From contig NC_134474.1 of assembly GCF_964194025.1 (NCBI RefSeq), forward strand, positions 16,740,001 through 16,804,000: a stretch of 64,000 bases of DNA, given 5' to 3'. The notes beneath the pieces were generated by a model. It saw nothing but the letters and a program-made list of their open reading frames with translations. It did no database searches and was not told the DNA's origin. A program made the translations under genes and the position numbers. Shown here piece by piece: positions 1-13,800 of the stretch (within the stretch, counting starts at the first letter, position 1; the number at the start of each line of letters is the position of its first letter). This DNA is from Convolutriloba macropyga (taxonomy: Eukaryota).

Positions 1-449
1 TAACAGTAACCGTTAAATCAACTGGCAGCAATTCGGAATCCATTTCTTCAGATTTTTGTACATATCGATCCGTAAAAATGTCAAAACGCTCAATTCTCAA
101 AACTTCACCCGATAAATTGTTTTTTCTTCAAGAGCATGCATGTAAACAAAATTTTAACGTTTAGATATTCCAGACATTGAAGATTTGAAATCAAGCCATT
201 AACGTTTTGATGACTATGTGTTGATTAAAAAAAGTTGAAGTAAAGGGACATTGCAAGAACGTAGATAGGTTTTCAAAAAAGGAAATAAGCACTTTACGAC
301 GTTACCCAAAGTTGATGTTTCTTAGAGGAAAAATGCAAAAAGGACTAATAACACATCGTAAAATTTGCTTAAAAATGTTTTTGATGAAGGTTCAAATACA
401 CTTTTTTTTAATAAAGTAACAAAAAAAATGAGGTTATGTAAGGAAAATT

Positions 450-600
450 TTATTACAATCCACGTTCTTTGGTGCCCTGACTTTTTACAATCCAAGAATT
501 GTATTGTATTGGGGCTCTGACTTTCTAAAATCCAACCAAACTCAATTGTATTGCAGCTCTGTTTTTTACAATCCAAGAATTGGATTAAATTGGGGCTGTC
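450..600. repeat. Short degenerate minisatellite (~35-40 bp unit, TTTTACAATCCAAGAATTG(T/G)ATT...GGGGCT)
   Basis: Three to four imperfect copies are visible. They cause the repeated IQFLDCKK in the spurious ORF 322..627. Confidence 0.6.
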
Positions 601-880
601 TTTTTTTTGTAAGATGTTTTCAGACATTTTTCAATGACTTCAATCTTTCAAAACGAGATAAACAGGTAAGACCCATTGGGCATTAAGTTCGATTAGAGGC
701 CCAAAGCTGGCTTTAGTAGTCCTTCAAGTGTTTAGAGTGGCCAGCTGCTGTGAAGGCCTTAATTGATGGTTGAAAGGTCATTTCTGTGAGTCTTTGAGCC
801 CAAAAATGGTGCAAATTTTCACGTTTTTTGTCATTTTTCAAGTTTTTTATTTGATTAGACTTGAATTGACGTTTGTCAAA
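600..880 (+). repeat. Left copy of a diverged ~280 bp direct repeat flanking the satellite (partner 16052-16322)
   Basis: Shared colinear blocks: TTTTTTGTAAGATGTTTTCA, GATAAACAG, ATTAGAGGCCCA.AGCTG, TTTAGAGT, TTTGAGCCC, ATTGACGTTTGTCA. Confidence 0.8.
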
Positions 881-949
881 GTAGGAAAAGGTCTTTCGCA
901 AGTTACTTTTTATGACCATTTTTTGAGCTACATGTTTTGGTACTGCAAA

Positions 950-1805
950 CAAACACGAAAAATGATACAAATTTTTGTAATTTTTTTTTGAAGTTTTTTA
1001 AAAGGTTTGTCATTTTTGAGTTCTGCTAGCCTCAAAGGTCTGAAAATAGATTACTGTATTGTTTTTATTGGCATTTGAATTGTTTCCAACATTTTAATGT
1101 CATAAATTCTAGCAATTTTTAAAAAATAAAAATTGCTATCTTTATAAAGTTTTTTTTGAAAACAATTGACTTTTATTCAGTTTGCCTTGCCTCAGTGGCC
1201 AGTTAAACTCATCCATGGTTTGACAAAATTGTACTGCATATCTCCTCGTTGCAATGGAAAGGGTTTAGACAATTTATTGTCACGAATTTTTGCAATTTTA
1301 TAAACCTTTCAATTGCTCTCAAATTTTTTGAATATTTTGGCATTTTTTGAGTTTTTCGAGCTCTAAGGACCAGAGAACCTCCTAAAGGGTCTGATAATAG
1401 GTTACTGCATAATTCTTAAAAGGTTACTGCAAAAAATAAGTTACTGCTTCTTAATAGGTTACCGCAAAAAATTACTGAAAGTCTTTTGGAAATAGAATTC
1501 TCTTCAACAGTTTAATAGCACAAATTTTTGCAATTTCTGGAAAGAATTTTCAATTTGTCATCTTTAAAATCAACAATTTCGGAAAATTTTTAAAAAAATT
1601 CTCAAATATTTTGAATTTGTTTTGTCATTTATTGAGTTTTTCAAGCCCACGGTACCAAGAAACATCTATGGTTTGATAATAGTTTAATGAATAGTTGTTA
1701 GTGGCAACGGAATGGTTTTCAACAATTTAATATCGCGACTTCCTGCGAACTTATGATAAAATGTAAAATTTTTTTCAAACTTTCTGAAAAATATCATGGA
1801 ACTGA
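950..1805 (+). repeat. Degenerate ~150-180 bp tandem repeats, same family as 51100-52090 in inverse orientation
   Basis: AACCTCCTAAAGGGTCTGATAATAGGTTAC (~1376) matches the reverse complement of GTAACCTATTTTCAAACCCTAGAGGAGGTT (51721). Confidence 0.6.
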
Positions 1806-4800
1806 GTTTATCGATCTTTATGGCTCAGTGAAACTATTTTAGGCTAGGAGTTGATAACAGGATAAATTGAAAGAACAAGACAGTGAAATGGTTCCAAATT
1901 TATTAATATCACAATTTTAGCAGCATTTTAATATAAGTTGCGAATGTTTTCAAATATTTTGACAAATTGTCTGAGATTATCAAAAGATTAATGAGGCAGG
2001 CAAAAACTGGTTATGAACTTATTAATATTGCAAAATTTTTGCAATTTTCTGAAGTATTTGGCGTACTTTTCGAGTTTTTCTTTATTTAGAGGTCAATTAC
2101 CCACTTTTCAAGGCTTTTGCGTGGGTAAATGGTATATTTACGTGGATGAAATTTGACTTTCAGCCTCAAGAAAAGCTTCAAGAGTAAGGGCAATGATTAC
2201 ATTTTTTTAGTTTGTTTGATTGTTTTGTTTCTCCAATTATGGAACTGTTTGCCTTTTTTGGCTGCCGTCAATTGATCTGCGGGTCAGATGCAGCAGTTCA
2301 AAGTTATTGAATCAATTATTTGGATTGTATTTCAGGACTTGTCCTGTCATGTTTATCGATCTTTATGGCTCAGTGAAACTATTTTAGGCTAGGAGTTGAT
2401 AACAGGATAAATTGAAAGAACAAGACAGTGAAATGGTTCCAAATTTATTAATATCACAATTTTAGCAGCATTTTAATACAAGTTGCGAATGTTTTCAAAT
2501 ATTTTGACAAATTTTCTAAATTGTCTGAGATTATCAATAGATTAATGAGGCAGGCAAAAACTGGTTATGAACTTATTAATATTGCAAAATTTTTGCAATT
2601 TTCTGAAGTATTTGGCGTACTTCTCGAGTTTTTCTATATTTAGAGGTCAATTACCCCTTTTCAAGGCTTTTGCGTGGGTAAATGGTATATTTACGTGGAT
2701 GAAATTTGACTTTCAGCCTCAAGAAAAGCTTCAAGAGTAAGGGCAATGATTATATTTTTTTAGTTTGTTTGATTGTTTTGTTTCTCCAATTATGGAACTG
2801 TTTGCCTTTTTTGGCTGCCGTCAATTGATCTGCGGGTCAGATGCAGCAGTTAAAAGTTATTGAATCAATTATTTGGATTGTATTTCAGGACTTGTCCTGT
2901 CATGTTTATCGATCTTTATGGCTCAGTGAAACTATTTTAGGCTAGGAGTTGATAACAGGATAAATTGAAAGAACAAGACAGTGAAATGGTTCCAAATTTA
3001 TTAATATCACAATTTTAGCAGCATTTTAATATAAGTTGCGAATGTTTTCAAAATATTTTGACAAATTGTCTGAGATTATCAATAGATTAATGAGGCAGGC
3101 AAAAACTGGTTATGAACTTATTAATATTGCAAAATTTTTGCAATTTTCTGAAGTATTTGTCGTACTTCTCGAGTTTTTCTATATTTAGAGGTCAATTACC
3201 CCTTTTCAAGGCTTTTGCGTGGGTAAATGGTATATTTACGTGGATGAAATTTGACTTTCAGCCTCAAGAAAAGCTTCAGGAGTAAGGGCAATGATTACAT
3301 TTTTTTAGTTTGTTTGATTGTTTTGTTTCTCCAATTATGGAACTGTTTGCCTTTTTTGGCTGCCGTCAATTGATCTGCGGGTCAGATGCAGCAGTTCAAA
3401 GTTATTGAATCAATTATTTGGATTGTATTTCAGGACTTGTCCTGTCATGTTTATCGATCTTTATGGCTCAGTGAAACTATTTTAGGCTAGGAGTTGATAA
3501 CAGGATAAATTGAAAGAACAAGACAGTGAAATGGTTCCAAATTTATTAATATCACAATTTTAGCAGCATTTTAATACAAGTTGCGAATGTTTTCAAATAT
3601 TTTGACAAATTGTCTGAGATTATCAATAGATTAATGAGGCAGGCAAAAACTGGTTATGAACTTATTAATATTGCAAAATTTTTGCAATTTTCTGAAGTAT
3701 TTGGCGTACTTTTCGAGTTTTTCTATATTTAGAGGTCAATTACCCTCTTTTCAAGGCTTTTGCGTGGGTAAATGGTATATTTACGTGGATGAAATTTGAC
3801 TTTCAGCCTCAAGAAAAGCTTCAAGAGTAAGGGCAATGATTACATTTTTTTAGTTTGTTTGATTGTTTTGTTTCTCCAATTATGGAACTGTTTGCCTTTT
3901 TTGGCTGCCGTCAATTGATCTGCGGGTCAGATGCAGCAGTTCAAAGTTATTGAATCAATTATTTGGATTGTATTTCCGGACTTGTCCTGTCATGTTTATC
4001 GATCTTTATGGCTCAGTGAAACTATTTTAGGCTAGGAGTTGATAACAGGATAAATTGAAAGAACAAGACAGTGAAATGGTTCCAAATTTATTAATATCAC
4101 AATTTTAGCAGCATTTTAATACAAGTTGCGAATGTTTTCAAATATTTTGACAAATTTTCTAAATTGTCTGAGATTATCAATAGATTAATGAGGCAGGCAA
4201 AAACTGGTTATGAACTTATTAATATTGCAAAATTTTTGCAATTTTCTGTAGTATTTGGCGTACTTCTCGAGTTTTTCTATATTTAGAGGTCAATTACCCC
4301 TTTTCAAGGCTTTTGCGTGGGTAAATGGTATATTTACGTGGATGAAATTTGACTTTCAGCCTCAAGAAAAGCTTCAAGAGTAAGGGCAATGATTATATTT
4401 TTTTAGTTTGTTTGATTGTTTTGTTTCTCCAATTATGGAACTGTTTGCCTTTTTTGGCTGCCGTCAATTGATGTGCGGGTCAGATGCAGCAGTTCAAAGT
4501 TATTGAATCAATTATTTGGATTGTATTTCAGGACTTGTCCTGTCATGTTGATCGATCTTAATGGCTCAGTGAAACTATTTTAGGCTAGGAGTTGATAACA
4601 GGATAAATTGAAAGAACAAGACAGTGAAATGGTTCCAAATTTATTAATATCACAATTTTAGCAGCATTTTAATATAAGTTGCGAATGTTTTCAAATATTT
4701 TGACAAATTGTCTGAGATTATCAAAAGATTAATGAGGCAGGCAAAAACTGGTTATGAACTTATTAATATTGCAAAATTTTTGCAATTTTCTGAAGTATTT

Positions 4801-7800
4801 GGCGTACTTTTCGAGTTTTTCTTTATTTAGAGGTCAATTACCCACTTTTCAAGGCTTTTGCGTGGGTAAATGGTATATTTACGTGGATGAAATTTGACTT
4901 TCAGCCTCAAGAAAAGCTTCAAGAGTAAGGGCAATGATTACATTTTTTTAGTTTGTTTGATTGTTTTGTTTCTCCAATTATGGAACTGTTTGCCTTTTTT
5001 GGCTGCCGTCAATTGATCTGCGGGTCAGATGCAGCAGTTCAAAGTTATTGAATCAATTATTTGGATTGTATTTCAGGACTTGTCCTGTCATGTTTATCGA
5101 TCTTTATGGCTCAGTGAAACTATTTTAGGCTAGGAGTTGATAACAGGATAAATTGAAAGAACAAGACAGTGAAATGGTTCCAAATTTATTAATATCACAA
5201 TTTTAGCAGCATTTTAATACAAGTTGCGAATGTTTTCAAATATTTTGACAAATTTTCTAAATTGTCTGAGATTATCAATAGATTAATGAGGCAGGCAAAA
5301 ACTGGTTATGAACTTATTAATATTGCAAAATTTTTGCAATTTTCTGTAGTATTTGGCGTACTTCTCGAGTTTTTCTATATTTAGAGGTCAATTACCCCTT
5401 TTCAAGGCTTTTGCGTGGGTAAATGGTATATTTACGTGGATGAAATTTGACTTTCAGCCTCAAGAAAAGCTTCAAGAGTAAGGGCAATGATTATATTTTT
5501 TTAGTTTGTTTGATTGTTTTGTTTCTCCAATTATGGAACTGTTTGCCTTTTTTGGCTGCCGTCAATTGATGTGCGGGTCAGATGCAGCAGTTCAAAGTTA
5601 TTGAATCAATTATTTGGATTGTATTTCAGGACTTGTCCTGTCATGTTGATCGATCTTAATGGCTCAGTGAAACTATTTTAGGCTAGGAGTTGATAACAGG
5701 ATAAATTGAAAGAACAAGACAGTGAAATGGTTCCAAATTTATTAATATCACAATTTTAGCAGCATTTTAATATAAGTTGCGAATGTTTTCAAATATTTTG
5801 ACAAATTGTCTGAGATTATCAATAGATGAATGAGGCAGGCAAAAACTGGTTATGAACTTATTAATATTGCAAAATTTTTGCAATTTTCTGAAGTATTTGG
5901 CGTACTTTTCGAGTTTTTCTATATTTTGAGGTCAATTACCCCTTTTCAAGGCTTTTGCGTGCGTAAAAGGTATATTTACGTGGATGAAATTTGACTTTCA
6001 GCCTCAAGAAAAGCTTCAAGAGTAAGGGCAATGATTACATTTTTTTAGTTTGTTTGATTGTTTTGTTTCTCCAATTAAGGAACTGTTTGCCTTTTTTGGC
6101 TGCCGTCAATTGATCTGCGGGTCAGATGCAGCAGTTCAAAGTTATTGAATCAATTATTTGGATTGTATTTCAGGACTTGTCCTGTCATGTTTATCGATCT
6201 TTATGGCTCAGTGAAACTATTTCAGGCTAGGAGTTGATAACAGGATAAATTGAAAGAACAAGACAGTGAAATGGTTCCAAATTTATTAATATCACAAATT
6301 TAGCAGCATTTTAATACAAGTTGCGAATGTTTTCAAATATTTTGACAAATTGTCCAAATTGTCTGAGATTATCAATAGATTAATGAGGCAGGCAAAAACT
6401 GGTTATGAACTTAATAATATTGCAAAATTTTTGCAATTTTCTGAAGTATTTGGCGTACTTCTCGAGTTTTTCTATATTTAGAGGTCAATTACCCCTTTTC
6501 AAGGCTTTTGCGTGGGTAAATGGTATATTTACGTGGATGAAATTTGACTTTCAGCCTCAAGAAAAGCTTCAAGCGTAAGGGCAATGATTATGTTTTTTTA
6601 GTTTATTTGATTTTGTTTCTCCAATTATGGAACTGTTTGCCTTTTTTGGCTGCCGTCAACTGATCTGCGGGTCAGATGCAGCAGTTCAAAGTTATTGAAT
6701 CAATTATTTGGATTGTATTTCAGGACTTGTCCTGTCATGTTTATCGATCTTTATGGCTCAGTGAAACTATTTTAGGCTAGGAGTTGATAACAGGATAAAT
6801 TGAAAGAACAAGACAGTGAAATGGTTCCAAATTTATTAATATCACAATTTTAGCAGCATTTTAATATAAGTTGCGAATGTTTTCAAGTATTTTGACGAAT
6901 TGTCTGAGATTATCAATAGATTAATGAGGCAGGCAAAAACTGGTTATGAAATTATTAATATTGCAAAATTTTTGCAATTTTCTGAAGTATTTGGCGTACT
7001 TCTCGAGTTTTTCTATATTTAGAGGTCAATTACCCCTTTTCAAGGCTTTTGCGTGGGTAAATGGTATATTTACGTGGACGAAATTTGACTTTCAGCCTCA
7101 AGAAAAGCTTCAAGAGTAATGGCAATGGTTATATTTTTTTAGTTTGTTTGATTGTTTTGTTTCTCCAATTATGGAACTGTTTGCCTTTTTTGGCTGCCGT
7201 CAATTGATCTGCGGGTCAGATGCAGCAGTTCAAAGTTATTGAATCAATTATTTGGATTGTATTTCAGGACTTGTCCTGTCATGTTTATCGATCTTTATGG
7301 CTCAGTGAAACTATTTTAGGCTAGGAGTTGATAACAGGATAAATTGAAAGAACAAGACAGTGAAATGGTTCCAAATTTATTAATATCACAATTTTAGCAG
7401 CATTTTAATACAAGTTGCGAATGTTTTCAAATATTTTGACAAATTGTCCAAATTGTCTGAGATTATCAATAGATTAATGAGGCAGGCAAAAACTGGTTAT
7501 GAGTTATTAATATTGCAAAATTTTTGCAATTTTCTGAAGTATTTGGCGTACTTCTCGAGTTTTTCTATATTTAGAGGTCAATTACCCCTTTCCAAGGCTT
7601 TTGCGTGGGTAAATGGTATATTTACGTGGATGAATATTGACATTCAGCCTCAAGAAAAGCTTCAAGAGTAATGGCAATGATTATATTTTTTTTAGTTTGT
7701 TTGATTGTTTTGTTTCTCCAATTATGGAACTGTTTGCCTTTTTTGGCTGCCGTCAATTGATCTGCGGGTCAGATGCAGCAGTTCAAAGTTATTGAATCAA

Positions 7801-10800
7801 TTATTTGGATTGTATTTCAGGAATTGTCCTGTCATGTTAATCGATCTTTATGGCTCAGTGAAACTATTTTAGGCTAGGAGTTGATAACAGGATAAATTGA
7901 AAGAACAAGACAGTGAAATGGTTCCAAATTTATTAATATCACAATTTTAGCAGCATTTTAATATAAGTTGCGAATGTTTTCAAATATTTTGACAAATTGT
8001 CTGAGATTATCAATAGATTAATGAGGCAGGCAAAAACTGGTTATGAACTTATTAATATTGCAAAATTTTTGCAATTTTCTGAAGTATTTGGCGTACTCTT
8101 CGAGTTTTTCTATATTTAGAGGTCAATTACCACTTTTCAAGGCTTTTGCGTGGGTAAATGGTATATTTACGTGGATGAAATTTGACTTTCAGCCTCAAGA
8201 AAAGCTTCAAGAGTAAGGGCAATGATTACATTTTTTTAGTTTGTTTGATTGTTTTGTTTCTCCAATTATGGAACTGTTTGCCTTTTTTGGCTGCCGTCAA
8301 TTGATCTGCGGGTCAGATGCAGCAGTTCAAAGTTATTGAATCAATTATTTGGATTGTATTTCAGGACTTGTCCTGTCATGTTTATCGATCTTTATGGCTC
8401 AGTGAAACTATTTTAGGCTAGGAGTTGATAACAGGATAAATTGAAAGAACAAGACAGTGAAATGGTTCCAAATTTATTAATATCACAATTTTAGCAGCAT
8501 TTTAATACAAGTTGCGAATGTTTTCAAATATATTGACAAATTGTCCAAATTGTCTGAGATTATCAATAGATTAATGAGGCAGGCAAAAACTGGTTATGAA
8601 CTTATTAATATTGCAAAATTTTTGCAATTTTCTGAATTATTTGGCGTACTTCTCGAATTTTTCTATATTTAGAGGTCAATTACCCCTTTTCAAGGCTTTT
8701 GCGTGGGTAAACGGTATATTTACGTGGATGAAATTTGACTTTCAGCCTCAAGAAAAGCATCAAGACTAAGGGCAATGATTATATTTTTTTAGTTTGTTTG
8801 ATTGTTTTGTTTCTCCAATTATGGAACTGTTTGCCTTTTTTGGCTGCCGTCAATTGATCTGCGGGTCAGATGCAGCAGTTCAAAGTTATTGAATCAATTA
8901 TTTGGATTGTATTTCAGGACTTGTCCTGTCATGTTTATCGATCTTTATGGCTCAGTGAAACTATTTTAGGCTAGGAGTTGATAACAGGATAAATTGAAAG
9001 AACAAGACAGTGAAATGGTTCCAAATTTATTAATATCACAATTTTAGCAGCATTTTAATATAAGTTGCCAATGTTTTCAAATATTTTGAAAAATTGTCTG
9101 AGGTTATCAATAGATTAATGAGGCAGGCAAAAACTGGTTATGAACTTATTAATATTGCAAAATTTTTGCAATTTTCTGAAGTATTTGGCGTACTTCTCGA
9201 GTTTTTCTATATTTAGAGGTCAATTACCCCTTTCCAAGGCTTTTGCGTGGGTAAATGGTATATTTACGTGGATGAATATTGACATTCAGCCTCAAGAAAA
9301 GCTTCAAGAGTAATGGCAATGATTATATTTTTTTAGTTTGTTTGATTGTTTTGTTTCTCCAATTATGGAACTGTTTGCCTTTTTTGGCTGCCGTCAATTG
9401 ATCTGCGGGTCAGATGCAGCAATTCAAAGTTATTGAATCAATTATTTGGATTGTATTTCAGGACTTGTCCTGTCATGTTTATCGATCTTTATGGCTCAGT
9501 GAAACTATTTTAGGCTAGGAGTTGATAACAGGATAAATTGAAAGAACAAGACAGTGAAATGGTTCCAAATTTATTAATATCACAATTTTAGCAGCATTTT
9601 AATACAAGTTGCGAATGTTTTCAAATATTTTGACAAATTGTCTAAATTGTCTGAGATTATCAATAGATTAATGAGGCAGGCAAAAACTGGTTATGAACTT
9701 ATTAATATTGCAAAATTTTTGCAATTTTCTGAAGTATTTGGCGTACTTCTCGAGTTTTTCTATATTTAGAGGTCAATTACCCCTTTTCAAGGCATTTGCG
9801 TGGGTAAATGGTATATTTAGGTGGATGAAATTTGACTTTCAGCCTCAAGAAAAGCTTCAAGAGTAATGGCAATGATTATATTTTTTAGTTTGTTTGATTG
9901 TTTTGTTTCTCCAATTATGGAACTGTTTGCCTTTTTTGGCTGCCGTCAATTGATCTGCGGGTCAGATGCAGCAGTTCAAAGTTATTGAATCAATTATTTG
10001 GATTGTATTTCAGGACTTGTCCTGTCATGTTTATCGATCTTTATGGCTCAGTGAAACTATTTTAGGCTAGGAGTTGATAACAGGATAAATTGAAAGAACA
10101 AGACAGTGAAATGGTTCCAAATTTATTAATATCACAATTTTAGCAGCATTTTAATATAAGTTGCGAATGTTTTCAAATATTTTGACAAATTGTCTGAGAT
10201 TATCAATAGATTAATGAGGCAGGCAAAAACTGGTTATGAACTTATTAATATTGCAAAATTTTTGCAATTTTCTGAAGTATTTGGCGTACTTTTCGAGTTT
10301 TTCTATATTTAGAGGTCAATTACCCTCTTTTCAAGGCTTTTGCGTGGGTAAATGGTATATTTAGGTGGATGAAATTTGACTTTCAGCCTCAAAAAAAGCT
10401 TCAAGAGTAATGGCAATGATTATATTTTTTTAGTTTGTTTGATTGTTTTGTTTCTCCAATTATGGAACTGTTTGCCTTTTTTGGCTGCCGTCAATTGATC
10501 TGCGGGTCAGATGCAGCAGTTCAAAGTTATTGAATCAATTATTTGGATTGTATTTCAGGACTTGTCCTGTCATGTTTATCGATCTTTATGGCTCAGTGAA
10601 ACTATTTTAGGCTAGGAGTTGATAACAGGATAAATTGAAAGAACAAGACAGTGAAATGGTTCCAAATTTATTAATATCACAATTTTAGCAGCATTTTAAT
10701 ATAAGTTGCGAATGTTTTCAAATATTTTGACAAATTGTCTGAGATTATCAATAGATTAATGAGGCAGGCAAAAACTGGTTATGAACTTATTAATATTGCA

Positions 10801-13800
10801 AAATTTTTGCAATTTTCTGAAGTATTTGGCGTACTTTTCGAGTTTTTCTATATTTAGAGGTCAATTACCACTTTTCAAGGCTTTTGCGTGGGTAAATGGT
10901 ATATTTACGTGGACGAAATTTGACTTTCAGCCTCAAGAAAAGCTTCAAGAGTAATGGCAATGGTTATATTTTTTTAGTTTGTTTGATTGTTTTGTTTCTC
11001 CAATTATGGAACTGTTTGCCTTTTTTGGCTGCCGTCAATTGATCTGCGGGTCAGATGCAGCAGTTCAAAGTTATTGAATCAATTATTTGGATTGTATTTC
11101 AGGACTTGTCCTGTCATGTTTATCGATCTTTATGGCTCAGTGAAACTATTTTAGGCTAGGAGTTGATAACAGGATAAATTGAAAGAACAAGACAGTGAAA
11201 TGGTTCCAAATTTATTAATATCACAATTTTAGCAGCATTTTAATACAAGTTGCGAATGTTTTCAAATATTTTGACAAATTGTCTAAATTGTCTGAGATTA
11301 TCAATAGATTAATGAGGCAGGCAAAAACTGGTTATGAACTTATTAATATTGCAAAATTTTTGCAATTTTCTGAAGTATTTGGCGTACTTCTCGAGTTTTT
11401 CTATATTTAGAGGTCAATTACCCCTTTTCAAGGCATTTGCGTGGGTAAATGGTATATTTAGGTGGATGAAATTTGACTTTCAGCCTCAAAAAAAGCTTCA
11501 AGAGTAATGGCAATGATTATATTTTTTTAGTTTGTTTGATTGTTTTGTTTCTCCAATTATGGAACTGTTTGCCTTTTTTGGCTGCCGTCAATTGATCTGC
11601 GGGTCAGATGCAGCAGTTCAAAGTTATTGAATCAATTATTTGGATTGTATTTCAGGACTTGTCCTGTCATGTTTATCGATCTTTATGGCTCAGTGAAACT
11701 ATTTTAGGCTAGGAGTTGATAACAGGATAAATTGAAAGAACAAGACAGTGAAATGGTTCCAAATTTATTAATATCACAATTTTAGCAGCATTTTAATATA
11801 AGTTGCGAATGTTTTCAAATATTTTGACAAATTGTCTGAGATTATCAATAGATTAATGAGGCAGGCAAAAACTGGTTATGAACTTATTAATATTGCAAAA
11901 TTTTTGCAATTTTCTGAAGTATTTGGCGTACTTTTCGAGTTTTTCTATATTTAGAGGTCAATTACCACTTTTCAAGGCTTTTGCGTGGGTAAATGGTATA
12001 TTTACGTGGATGAAATTTGACTTTCAGCCTCAAGAAAAGCTTCAAGAGTAAGGGCAATGATTACATTTTTTTAGTTTGTTTGATTGTTTTGTTTCTCCAA
12101 TTATGGAACTGTTTGCCTTTTTTGGCTGCCGTCAATTGATCTGCGGGTCAGATGCAGCAGTTCAAAGTTATTGAATCAATTATTTGGATTGTATTTCAGG
12201 ACTTGTCCTGTCATGTTTATCGATCTTTATGGCTCAGTGAAACTATTTTAGGCTAGGAGTTGATAACAGGATAAATTGAAAGAACAAGACAGTGAAATGG
12301 TTCCAAATTTATTAATATCACAATTTTAGCAGCATTTTAATACAAGTTGCGAATGTTTTCAAATATATTGACAAATTGTCCAAATTGTCTGAGATTATCA
12401 ATAGATTAATGAGGCAGGCAAAAACTGGTTATGAACTTATTAATATTGCAAAATTTTTGCAATTTTCTGAAGTATTTGGCGTACTTCTCGAGTTTTTCTA
12501 TATTTAGAGGTCAATTACCCCTTTTCAAGGCTTTTGCGTGGGTAAACGGTATATTTACGTGGATGAAATTTGACTTTCAGCCTCAAGAAAAGCTTCAAGA
12601 CTAAGGGCAATGATTATATTTTTTTAGTTTGTTTGATTGTTTTGTTTCTCCAATTATGGAACTGTTTGCCTTTTTTGGCTGCCGTCAATTGATCTGCGGG
12701 TCAGATGCAGCAGTTCAAAGTTATTGAATCAATTATTTGGATTGTATTTCAGGACTTGTCCTGTCATGTTTATCGATCTTTATGGCTCAGTGAAACTATT
12801 TTAGGCTAGGAGTTGATAACAGGATAAATTGAAAGAACAAGACAGTGAAATGGTTCCAAATTTATTAATATCACAATTTTAGCAGCATTTTAATATAAGT
12901 TGCGAATGTTTTCAAATATTTTGAAAAATTGTCTGAGGTTATCAATAGATTAATGAGGCAGGCAAAAACTGGTTATGAACTTATTAATATTGCAAAATTT
13001 TTGCAATTTTCTGAAGTATTTGGCGTACTTCTCGAGTTTTTCTATATTTAGAGGTCAATTACCCCTTTCCAAGGCTTTTGCGTGGGTAAATGGTATATTT
13101 ACGTGGATGAATATTGACATTCAGCCTCAAGAAAAGCTTCAAGAGTAATGGCAATGATTATATTTTTTTAGTTTGTTTGATTGTTTTGTTTCTCCAATTA
13201 TGGAACTGTTTGCCTTTTTTGGCTGCCGTCAATTGATCTGCGGGTCAGATGCAGCAGTTCAAAGTTATTGAATCAATTATTTGGATTGTATTTCAGGACT
13301 TGTCCTGTCATGTTTATCGATCTTTATGGCTCAGTGAAACTATTTTAGGCTAGGAGTTGATAACAGGATAAATTGAAAGAACAAGACAGTGAAATGGTTC
13401 CAAATTTATTAATATCACAATTTTAGCAGCATTTTAATACAAGTTGCGAATGTTTTCAAATATTTTGACAAATTGTCTAAATTGTCTGAGATTATCAATA
13501 GATTAATGAGGCAGGCAAAAACTGGTTATGAACTTATTAATATTGCAAAATTTTTGCAATTTTCTGAAGTATTTGGCGTACTTCTCGAGTTTTTCTATAT
13601 TTAGAGGTCAATTACCCCTTTTCAAGGCATTTGCGTGGGTAAATGGTATATTTAGGTGGATGAAATTTGACTTTCAGCCTCAAGAAAAGCTTCAAGAGTA
13701 ATGGCAATGATTATATTTTTTTAGTTTGTTTGATTGTTTTGTTTCTCCAATTATGGAACTGTTTGCCTTTTTTGGCTGCCGTCAATTGATCTGCGGGTCA

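Noticed and set aside
1-210. Possible minus-strand coding fragment (SNLQCLEYLNV; SGEVLRIERFDIF...) or RPB7 exon 2
   Set aside because: It does not match RPB7 beyond GEV, the frames do not join, and it is truncated by the window edge.
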